A stretch of 64,000 bases of DNA from a bacterium (GTDB lineage: Bacteria > UBA10199 > 2-02-FULL-44-16 > JAAZCA01), in assembly GCA_963674695.2 (NCBI GenBank), contig CAXXGI010000003.1, positions 128,001 to 192,000 of the forward strand. Reading direction: 5' to 3'. Under the pieces are notes generated by a model that was not told where the DNA came from, did not search any database, and saw nothing but the letters and a program-made list of their open reading frames with translations. The translations under genes were made by a program, and so were the position numbers. Shown here in pieces: positions 46,421 through 54,475 of this stretch (within the stretch, counting starts at the first letter, position 1; the number at the start of each line of letters is the position of its first letter).

Positions 46421-48880
46421 ATGTCATTAAAACTCTACCCCAAACTCCTTCTCATTATATTGGCGCTGGCCATCGTTCCGCTCGTCGGACTCACCATCTA
46501 TACGACGACGATCGGCCGGCACGTCATCTCCGACGAGATTCGCCAGGGGCTCATCCGTCGTGGCGTCGAGATCGCCGAGCGTGTTTCGATGCGCCTGGAG
46601 CAGGCGGTCTCCGATACGCAGCTCCTGCGCAATCTCCCCCAAAAGCCGCAGGCGTATTTGGATTTTATGCGTGCGCGTATGGGCGAGGTCTGGACGCGCG
46701 TCGGGACGGCCCAGGATTATGTCGAACTCCAGAACTCCGTTCCCCTCTATCGAGAGATCGCGTTCATCGGGCCGGATGGGCGCGAGCGGATGCGGATCGA
46801 GAGCGTGCTCGATGAGGAGGGGCTCTCCCAGAAGCGCTATCATGTGGATACGCGCGTCGTGCCCCCCTCGCAGCTTCGCGACGTGAGCGATCCCGCCCAG
46901 ACGCTTTTCCCCGGCGAGGAGTATTTCGCGCGCGCCAAGGCCCTTCCCAAGGGGGAGGTCTTCGTCGATCGCGTGGTCGGGTGGTATGTGACGGCGCAGG
47001 AGCAGCTGCTCGAGGCCAAGACCCCGGAGGAGGCCATCGGGGGAAAGCGCTACGATGGGATCATCCGCTTTGCCGCGCCCGTCTACGAGCGGGGGCGATT
47101 CGCGGGCGTGGTGACGCTGGCGCTGGATCATGTGCATCTGCAGGAGTTGACCATCCACATCGATCCGCTGGCATCGGAGCCGCTGGTCATTGCCCCGTAT
47201 GCGAGCGGCAACTATGTCTTCCTCTTCGATGACGAGGGATGGATCGTCACCCATCAGAAGCTATGGGATATTCGTGGGCTTAACCCGGATGGTCGGCCGG
47301 TGGCGCCGTTTACGAATGTGGAGGGGACCAACCGAGGTCCGGTCAACCTCGTGCGCGGGCCGAAGAATGAGGCGCATGAGCGTCTTCGCGCGCTGCTTCA
47401 GGACGTGCACGCGGGGCGCGCCGGTGTCTCCGACGTGGTCAACATCGGTCTCAATTCGAAATCGCCCGTGATGCGGGCCCAGGCGTGGGCGCCCATTCCG
47501 TTTGGGCACGGCGTCTATCGTGAGCGGGGTGTCTTCGGCGGCGTTATGGTTGGGGCGCAGCTGGAAGCCGTGGGGCATGCCAGCGCCATGCTCATGCGCG
47601 GGTTTTGGATCTTCCTCGGCGCCGCCATCGTCGTGATCGCTCTCTGCGCGGCACTCGTGGCGCGCTCGATCACGCGTCCGATGCGCCAGCTCACGGGTGC
47701 AGCTCGTGCCATCGCTGACGGCGATCTCGATCGTCGCGTGCCGGAGGATCGTCGCGACGAAATGGGAGCGCTCGGTCGTGCCTTCAATCGGATGGCCCAT
47801 GCCCTGCAGGAGAAGATGGCGCAGCTCGAGGAGAGTCATGGTCGACGGCTCTCGCTCAAGCAACGCTTGGCTGAGCAGGAGAAGCGCCAGCGCCTTCATC
47901 TGCAATCGCGCCTCGATCGCCTCGAACGCGAACTCAACGAGACGCCGATCGAGGGGTTCATCTCTGCGAGCGCGGCGATGCACGAGGTGCTCGCCAGTGT
48001 GCGCCGCTTTGCTCAGACCAGTGCCACGGTGCTGATCCTGGGTGAGCGCGGGACGGGAAAGGAACAGATCGCCTCGGCCATTCACACGTTGAGTCCGCGC
48101 CGACAGGAGACCTACCTCCGGGTCAACTGCTCCGCAATTCCGGAGACGCTCGTCGAGAGCGAACTCTTCGGTCATGTGCGCGGTGCGTTTACCGGCGCCG
48201 ACCGAGATCGCCCGGGGCTCTTCGAGGCGGCCGGCGGCGGAACGCTTCTGCTCGATGAGATCGGCGAGGTGAACGCGTCGGTGCAATCAAAGCTCTTGCG
48301 CGTGCTCCAGGAGAAGACCGTGCGGCGCGTCGGTGACCGCGACGAGCGCAACGTCGACACGCGACTCATCGTTGCCACGAACCGGGACCTGTCGGGACTC
48401 GTGCGCTCCGGGCAGTTTCGCGCGGATCTCTTCGATCGGATCAACGTCGCGGCGATCACCATTCCGCCCCTGCGCGAGCGGCGTGAGGACATTCTTCCGC
48501 TGGCGCGCCATTTTCTTCAGCAGGCATCGGCGCGCTATAACAAGAATATCCTCGGTTTTTCTGAGACAGCGGTCGAGCGGATGGAGACCTATGGTTGGCC
48601 TGGAAATGTGCGCGAGTTGGAAAACGCCATCGAGCGCGCGGTGATCATGCTCAGCGGAGATCTGGTCGAGGATGAGTTGCTCATCCTTTCCGGTCAGACC
48701 GAAGAGGCCGATGGGTTTTTCACCGTTCCGGACATGACCATCGAGGAGATGAAGGTGCGCTATGCGCAGGCCGTGCGTGCGCGCTATCCGGGGAAACCGC
48801 TGGGGGCGATCAAGGAGATTTTGGGGGTGGATTGGAATACGCTGCGAAAATATCTGAAACAGGAATGCCCGCTCAGATGA
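46421..48880 (+). CDS. membrane-anchored one-component sigma54 activator (TM-periplasmic Cache-like-TM-HAMP-AAA-HTH)
   Basis: Two TM helices, HAMP (ITRPMRQL...DEMGALGRAFNRM), GERGTGKE, ESELFGHVRGAFTGA, LLDEIGE, WPGNVRELEN and C-terminal HTH. Confidence 0.92.
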   Translation: MSLKLYPKLLLIILALAIVPLVGLTIYTTTIGRHVISDEIRQGLIRRGVEIAERVSMRLEQAVSDTQLLRNLPQKPQAYLDFMRARMGEVWTRVGTAQDYVELQNSVPLYREIAFIGPDGRERMRIESVLDEEGLSQKRYHVDTRVVPPSQLRDVSDPAQTLFPGEEYFARAKALPKGEVFVDRVVGWYVTAQEQLLEAKTPEEAIGGKRYDGIIRFAAPVYERGRFAGVVTLALDHVHLQELTIHIDPLASEPLVIAPYASGNYVFLFDDEGWIVTHQKLWDIRGLNPDGRPVAPFTNVEGTNRGPVNLVRGPKNEAHERLRALLQDVHAGRAGVSDVVNIGLNSKSPVMRAQAWAPIPFGHGVYRERGVFGGVMVGAQLEAVGHASAMLMRGFWIFLGAAIVVIALCAALVARSITRPMRQLTGAARAIADGDLDRRVPEDRRDEMGALGRAFNRMAHALQEKMAQLEESHGRRLSLKQRLAEQEKRQRLHLQSRLDRLERELNETPIEGFISASAAMHEVLASVRRFAQTSATVLILGERGTGKEQIASAIHTLSPRRQETYLRVNCSAIPETLVESELFGHVRGAFTGADRDRPGLFEAAGGGTLLLDEIGEVNASVQSKLLRVLQEKTVRRVGDRDERNVDTRLIVATNRDLSGLVRSGQFRADLFDRINVAAITIPPLRERREDILPLARHFLQQASARYNKNILGFSETAVERMETYGWPGNVRELENAIERAVIMLSGDLVEDELLILSGQTEEADGFFTVPDMTIEEMKVRYAQAVRARYPGKPLGAIKEILGVDWNTLRKYLKQECPLR

Positions 48881-49934
48881 GCATCGCCATCGGGGCGTAG
48901 ACGAAGGCGCCCATTCCCGTAGAGAGTAAGGCCGAGGTTTCAAAGCCGTCCAGTGTGACTTCATGAAGGGGATCGTCGATGAAGTCCATTCCCCCCATCT
49001 CCGGCAAGAAGGCCTGCATCGAGGGGATTGTCTCTGTCGGCGTGCGATACACCGGAAGGATCGGGATCTGTCTCACGCGGTTCACGTCCCCCGGATTCCA
49101 GGTGAAGGGGGTGAGGAGGCCGGGTTTCATGTGGCCGCCGCATTCAGGGCGGCGTACGCCGATGAAGATCTCTCCGGTGTCGGGATTGGCGCCGAAGACG
49201 CGGATGTTCTGCGGTTCCTCCCGTAGGCTCGAAGGGACCAGGAGTCCCAACGGTTTACGAGGGGCAAGGGCGATGGTGGAGCCGGGATCGATGTAGATGC
49301 GGGAACCGATGCGAAAGCCGCCTTGGTCGGTATGGTTGAGCACCAGTGCTCGGCCCCTGCCATCGGCGACGAATTCACGGGTTTCCCAGCGTTTCCCCGC
49401 CGTATCGACCGATACGCGGTGTTCCAATTCCAGTCGAATGGATCGACCGTGTTCATTCATCTGTATGTCGACGTGGTGTTCGGGTTTGAGATGGTAGCCG
49501 ATGATGTCATAGATTTCATCGATAGGATGAAGGCGACTGGGTTGGCTCAAATCCAGGGTGTGGCCCGGAATGATCGATTCCAGGCGGAAGACGGCAAGTC
49601 CTGCGTTGACGTTGAGATCCAGAATCATGATTCGAACTGTTGGTGCGGCATCGAGGGATACGGTCGGATAGAAGGCGAAGATCGAAGCCCTGTGCAACGT
49701 GGAGCGACCGCGCTGGTTCGGCCCTTCATAGCTGAAGCGCCACCCCTCGTTGAAGAGGGTTATGCCCAGATTCGAGGTCGAGGCATTTGCTCGTATCTGT
49801 ACGGATGCTCCGGGCGCCAAGGAAAGCGAGCGGGGTTCATGCAGGGAATGGCCATTATAGCTGCTCCAATCAAATGTCCGTCCCGCGGTGGAGGGATGAA
49901 TGGGAGGAGGGGAGCTGTTTAGTCGTAGTGTCAT
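48873..49934 (-). CDS. hypothetical protein (~353 aa) with C-terminal GAFVYAPMAMLI tag
   Basis: Start moved to MTLRLN (49934), 10 nt after the promoter motif; its 3' end is 31/32 nt identical to the 3' end of 43272-46160. Confidence 0.75.
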   Translation of the reverse strand: MTLRLNSSPPPIHPSTAGRTFDWSSYNGHSLHEPRSLSLAPGASVQIRANASTSNLGITLFNEGWRFSYEGPNQRGRSTLHRASIFAFYPTVSLDAAPTVRIMILDLNVNAGLAVFRLESIIPGHTLDLSQPSRLHPIDEIYDIIGYHLKPEHHVDIQMNEHGRSIRLELEHRVSVDTAGKRWETREFVADGRGRALVLNHTDQGGFRIGSRIYIDPGSTIALAPRKPLGLLVPSSLREEPQNIRVFGANPDTGEIFIGVRRPECGGHMKPGLLTPFTWNPGDVNRVRQIPILPVYRTPTETIPSMQAFLPEMGGMDFIDDPLHEVTLDGFETSALLSTGMGAFVYAPMAMLI

Positions 49935-49944
49935 CGGGATCCAT

Positions 49945-49972
49945 GTATCGGCATGTGGCAAAAAAGGTTGCG
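49945..49972 (-). promoter_or_regulatory. sigma28/FliA-like promoter motif CGCAAC-N14-GCCGATAC (leaderless geometry)
   Basis: Reverse complement cgcaac cttttttgccacat gccgatac atggatcccg ATG. Confidence 0.7.
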
Positions 49973-50022
49973 TCCTTTATGCGGAGAAATGAAAGAAGTC
50001 AAGCGGAGGGGGAACGGACAGA

Positions 50023-52713
50023 TCAAAACCGCAAAACGGTTTCGACCACTTCGTTTTCACCGATCGTGATGTTGACCCATTTCTTGAGCAGGACCGACTG
50101 TGCTTCGTCGTGATAGCTCGCTTCCAAGTAATAGGGTCCCGGTTCGATTTCGAAGATCTCCCAATCCTGCCCGGTGACGCCGTTGATGAGCTCCCGGTCG
50201 GCGCCGTACTTATACATCTTGAAGTGGCAGAGGATGATCTGATTGTTGGGTCCGCGACCGATGATCTTGAGTTTTCCTGCGGTGAAGATCGCCTCATGGC
50301 TCACGGTCTTGCCGTCTTCCACCTTGATGTCGCGCAGCCAGACCATGGGTTTGGGATCGTCGGTGGAGGCGAAGTTGGTGGACAGGGCATCATAAACCCC
50401 CGGCGCCAGATCGAAGACCGTCCAATCGATGGAGGAGGGGGCCTTTGAGACCACCTCGTCGGAGGCGGCTTTATACACGGTGAACTGCGTCGGGATCGGG
50501 CGTTCCTTGGCATCGCTGCCGCGCAGACGCAGCGTTCCGAGGATGAAGGTGATGACCTGTTCGAGCGGTTTGTCCGCGGTTAGCACGACGCCGGAGACCG
50601 GGACCGAGGGCCTCGGTTCGAGTTTCGATTTGAGGCTCGCCGCGACGATGTCGTAGGTGCCCGGCGGAACCATCCCCTTGATCGGTTCGCCGTTTGCCGA
50701 GGAGAGGCGGCCGATTTCCAGTTGTGACTTCTGATCGCGCAACGTGAACTCGGCGGGGATCTTGTTCCCCTGTCCGTCCACCGCCGAGAGGGTGATCACT
50801 CCCATCTCGAAGGAGACGGTTACCTCGGTCGTTCCCGCGGCGGCGATTTCGATGCCGCTGACCTTCGTGCGCGGGCTGGCCGCAGATTTCGGGTCGTCGC
50901 CGATGGCGAGCAGGTCATATTTTCCCGGCGCCAGCGGAACCGAGCCCCCTTCGGGCGGAAGGGCGGAAGAGGCGACGAGCATGTCGGTGCGGTTGGCCAG
51001 GTAGATCTGAAAGACGAAGGGGAAGGCCTCCTGCTGTGTGGTCATGCCCTTGAGCGCAAGCGTTCCCTTCTGAAACCGGAAGGTTCGTTCGATGGTCTGA
51101 TCGGCATTGATGGCGACATCTTTTTCCGTGAGCGAAAACTCGTCGGGCCCAGCGCCGATGCGCTCCGCTTGGATGTCATAGGTTCCGGGCGTGAACAGAA
51201 AGGTCTTGGCGTCCGCTCCGGTCTCCACCACGGCCACCGGTGCGGATTTGCCCGTGGCCGTTATGGTGTAGCGCGTTGGGGCAAGTTTGCCCGCGTTGTC
51301 CACCGCCGAGAGCGTGAGCGAGCCCAGCGAGAAGGCGATCTCCTGTTCGACCTTGGTCGTCTTGACGATCTCGACACCCTTGAGGATTTTCGAAGGGCGC
51401 TTGCTCTCCTCGGATTCGGCATATTCGATGAGGATGTCATAGGTCCCCGGCGGAAGCGAGATGAGCTTCGTTCCCGTGCTCGTGTCGCGGCGTTCCACGC
51501 GCTGTGAGCCGGCCTTGTAGACGACGAGGTTGAAGGGGATGGGTGAGGCACCTGCGCGCGCGACGAGCTTGAAGTTGTAGGGGAGCGTCGAGTTGATCGA
51601 CTCCGCCAATGCTTGGCGCAGCTCTCCTTCGTTACGGGCGAGGAAGAACTTTCCGTCCCCCTCCTTGGCGATACATTCGAGCTTTTCGTGGTCGGCGGGA
51701 TTGACGTCGAAGGCGATCACATGGACGATGGTCTTGATCGCCTGCGCCTCGAGCTTGCGCGTGGCTTCACACGGATCGCCTTCACAGTTGTCGGCGCCAT
51801 CGGCCACGAGCACGATCACTCGGTCGGCCTCCGTTCCCGTGGGGAAGTCGGTCGCTGCTTCGGTCAGCGTCAGGGCGATGGGGCTCTTGCCCTGCGGGGC
51901 GATGGAGGAGAGCGTCTTCTGGATGCCGCCCAGATCGGGCTCTCCCATGCTGAGCAGGAGCTGCGTGTCGCGGCAGTTGTCGTCGGCGGCGGGCGTTTCG
52001 CTTCCGAAGAGGCGCACCGCGATGTTGCGCGGGAAATCTTTCTGCTGCGCGCTCATCTCAGCGACGACATCATAAAAGGATTCCAGGAGCAGGTCGAACT
52101 TCGACTGATTCGTGGTGGCGGAAAAGGGCGCGGCCATGGAGCCGGAGGCGTCGAGCAGGATGTCGACGTTGGTCTGTGCGGTCACGAGCTTGGGCTGATA
52201 GGCCACCGCCTGTGCCTCGGGTGGCGGCGGGGCCTCCGCGGGTGCCAGGCTGGGAACGGCCAGGGCCTGCATGCCTTGGCCTTCCTCTGTGGCGGCGGGT
52301 TCTGCTTTCTCCGGCGAGAGGGTCGCGAGGCCAGCGTCAAGCGCCTCGGGTTCAGACGGTTCTGCCTCGGCCGGTGGTGTCTCCGGTGTCGTGGCCTCGG
52401 TCGTCGTCTCCGCTTCGGGAGGTACTTTCGTTTCCGCCGCAGGTGGCAGCGTGATTGGACCCGAGGGTTCCGCACGGCCGGCCGCGGTGGTCTCCTCCGG
52501 CGGCGGCATGTCTGCAGCGGGTTCCTCCGGCGACAGAGGGGTCTCGGTCGGTTGCGGGGCGAGCGTCGGGGTGGCGATGCGCTGGCGGACCTCTGCGGCA
52601 GGCCCGGAGGCCTTTTGGGGTTCCGGTTTGTCGGTCTTTTGGCGACATCCCCCGATGCCGACGAGGAGCGCCGCGAGGAGGAATGCCGTGAGGATAGGCC
52701 GAGAGTGACGCAT
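50023..52713 (-). CDS. VWA-domain lipoprotein with Pro/Glu linker and about six beta-sandwich repeats
   Basis: LVGIGGC lipobox; MIDAS motif LLDASGSM, VADGADNC; repeated PG(T/K/V/P)Y(D/Y) modules of ~85 aa. Confidence 0.85.
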   Translation of the reverse strand: MRHSRPILTAFLLAALLVGIGGCRQKTDKPEPQKASGPAAEVRQRIATPTLAPQPTETPLSPEEPAADMPPPEETTAAGRAEPSGPITLPPAAETKVPPEAETTTEATTPETPPAEAEPSEPEALDAGLATLSPEKAEPAATEEGQGMQALAVPSLAPAEAPPPPEAQAVAYQPKLVTAQTNVDILLDASGSMAAPFSATTNQSKFDLLLESFYDVVAEMSAQQKDFPRNIAVRLFGSETPAADDNCRDTQLLLSMGEPDLGGIQKTLSSIAPQGKSPIALTLTEAATDFPTGTEADRVIVLVADGADNCEGDPCEATRKLEAQAIKTIVHVIAFDVNPADHEKLECIAKEGDGKFFLARNEGELRQALAESINSTLPYNFKLVARAGASPIPFNLVVYKAGSQRVERRDTSTGTKLISLPPGTYDILIEYAESEESKRPSKILKGVEIVKTTKVEQEIAFSLGSLTLSAVDNAGKLAPTRYTITATGKSAPVAVVETGADAKTFLFTPGTYDIQAERIGAGPDEFSLTEKDVAINADQTIERTFRFQKGTLALKGMTTQQEAFPFVFQIYLANRTDMLVASSALPPEGGSVPLAPGKYDLLAIGDDPKSAASPRTKVSGIEIAAAGTTEVTVSFEMGVITLSAVDGQGNKIPAEFTLRDQKSQLEIGRLSSANGEPIKGMVPPGTYDIVAASLKSKLEPRPSVPVSGVVLTADKPLEQVITFILGTLRLRGSDAKERPIPTQFTVYKAASDEVVSKAPSSIDWTVFDLAPGVYDALSTNFASTDDPKPMVWLRDIKVEDGKTVSHEAIFTAGKLKIIGRGPNNQIILCHFKMYKYGADRELINGVTGQDWEIFEIEPGPYYLEASYHDEAQSVLLKKWVNITIGENEVVETVLRF

Positions 52714-52825
52714 AAGTGCCACAACGCTACCATATTATTGGCCTTTTGCAAATATTGGATCGCGCCCGAAGCATTATTTGAGACAATTCTATCTTCGAGA
52801 CAATTCTATCTGTCGGCAAGAATGC

Positions 52826-52854
52826 GGCAACTTTCATGTGCGCGCTGTCGATAA
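52826..52854 (+). promoter_or_regulatory. sigma28/FliA-like promoter motif GGCAAC-N15-GTCGATAA
   Basis: ggcaac tttcatgtgcgcgct gtcgataa, 30 nt upstream of ORF 52885. Confidence 0.55.
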
Positions 52855-52884
52855 TAAGAAGGGGCGGGGAGAAGGGCTCTCTCT

Positions 52885-54243
52885 ATGATCGGTGCGGGGA
52901 AGGACAGCGCGCGCAATATCTGTCGGGGGGTTTCCTCCGAATGGAAGTCGAAGTGCGCCGATGCGATCAAGAAATGCAAAGAGCATGCCGATGAGCACGG
53001 CACGTCCTTTTCGGAGGAGCCGCTCACGGTGTACGGCTGCGCCAAAAAGAAGTTGACGGTCACTTCATGGGCGCAGTGTCGCCGCATCGTTCCGCAGTTC
53101 TTGGGAAAATGTTCGTCCGTGAAGCAATCGAAGCGTTCCGACGCGAAGGGAATGAAAAAAGAAAAGGTAATCACGGATCCGAAAAAGTTCGATCGGAGTT
53201 GCCGCAAAAACGATTTTGAAAAGCGAACGTTGAAGCTGCAGCTCTCGAGTGAACAAGCGATCCCGGTCACATCGAAGAAGGACTGTCTGGCCTGGAGCAA
53301 ACGCATCAAGCGTTCGCTGAAGCAGCAGCCGGCAAAAGAGCCGAAGGTGATCGACGATCCGAAGCAGTTCGAGGCGAGTTGCCGCGCGAACGATTTTGAG
53401 AAGCAACCGCTGAAGCTGCAGATCTCGAGTGGAAATACGATTCCGGTTACGTCAGAGAAGAGCTGTTTGACCTGGAGCAAGCGCATCAAGCGAAGGTTGA
53501 AGCGGAAACCGGCGAAAAAGGAAACGGTCGTTGCACAACCGCAACAGGAGCGGGAGTTGGAGAAAAGGCCTGCGGCCGTCGTGCCGGAGCTGGGTGGGGG
53601 GAAGACGCTTGCGGATATGATGAAGGGCCTGACCCCGCCGAAGGCCGACGACGATCGATGGAGGGGGCCGCGCCGGGATACGATGGCTCCGAAATCGGTC
53701 GATATTCCGACACAGCATATCGAAATCTCTCAGCCGGATCGGATGGTCGCCCTCGCACCCACGATGGAGCAGGGGAGCGATGTGGGCGGTCCCGACTTCG
53801 GGGATCGTGCCGACGCGATGGTCCCGGCGGGGAAGGCGATCGAGACGGTCGTGACGAGCGCATTGCAGCGCTATCTGACGCCGAAACAGGTCGATCGCCT
53901 GGTGGCTATCGCCCGTAAACAGGGTCTCAAAAAGGGCTTTACGGTCGCCTTTCGCGTTCGCATCGAGCGCGCCACTACTAGTGAGTTCAAGCGCGCGACC
54001 GTCAAGGTTGAGCCGGGCGCGCGGGAAGGAAAGCCGGTCTTCGAGGGTCCGGGGATGACGTCGGCCATTGAAAAGAAGCTGCGTGCGGTGCTCACGCCCA
54101 AATCGCAGAAGATCAGTCTCAAGAAAAGCCAGGCCGAAAAGATCTTTGTCCTCTCCGGCGGCTCCGGCAACATGACCATGCGACAGAAACGTCTCCACCG
54201 CGACGTCTTCATCCCCCAAACCATCTCCTGGACCATGAAATAA
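52885..54243 (+). CDS. basic hypothetical protein (452 aa) with 60-aa Cys-pair tandem repeats
   Basis: 180-nt tandem duplication at 53161-53340 / 53341-53520 (KVI.DPK.F..SCR.NDFEK..LKLQ.SS...IPVTS.K.CL.WSKRIKR.LK). Confidence 0.75.
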   Translation: MIGAGKDSARNICRGVSSEWKSKCADAIKKCKEHADEHGTSFSEEPLTVYGCAKKKLTVTSWAQCRRIVPQFLGKCSSVKQSKRSDAKGMKKEKVITDPKKFDRSCRKNDFEKRTLKLQLSSEQAIPVTSKKDCLAWSKRIKRSLKQQPAKEPKVIDDPKQFEASCRANDFEKQPLKLQISSGNTIPVTSEKSCLTWSKRIKRRLKRKPAKKETVVAQPQQERELEKRPAAVVPELGGGKTLADMMKGLTPPKADDDRWRGPRRDTMAPKSVDIPTQHIEISQPDRMVALAPTMEQGSDVGGPDFGDRADAMVPAGKAIETVVTSALQRYLTPKQVDRLVAIARKQGLKKGFTVAFRVRIERATTSEFKRATVKVEPGAREGKPVFEGPGMTSAIEKKLRAVLTPKSQKISLKKSQAEKIFVLSGGSGNMTMRQKRLHRDVFIPQTISWTMK

Positions 54244-54253
54244 GAGCGATCTT

Positions 54254-54292
54254 TCGTCCCTCGTCCCTCGTCCCTCGTCCCTCGTCCCTCGT
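54254..54292 (+). repeat. heptamer tandem repeat (TCGTCCC)5
   Basis: Read directly from the sequence, just after the stop codon. Confidence 0.85.
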
Positions 54293-54475
54293 TCTTCCAT
54301 AGTCTGCCTTCGTGGGGTTGTTTTTACCCGGGTCAGAGGCGCTTGAACGATATATCCCCCGAATAATGAAGTCCTTTCTGCAGGTGTCAAAATATTGCTC
54401 GTCATTTTTGCCTTCATACGATACTCTCCGCAAACAACGATGTATGGGGGCCGCTTGTTTGACACCGTCAGAACC

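Noticed and set aside
49935-49961. TTG start at 49961 for the orphan gene (MPHADTWIP...)
   Set aside because: It lies inside the promoter motif; the ATG at 49934 fits the geometry seen at other copies
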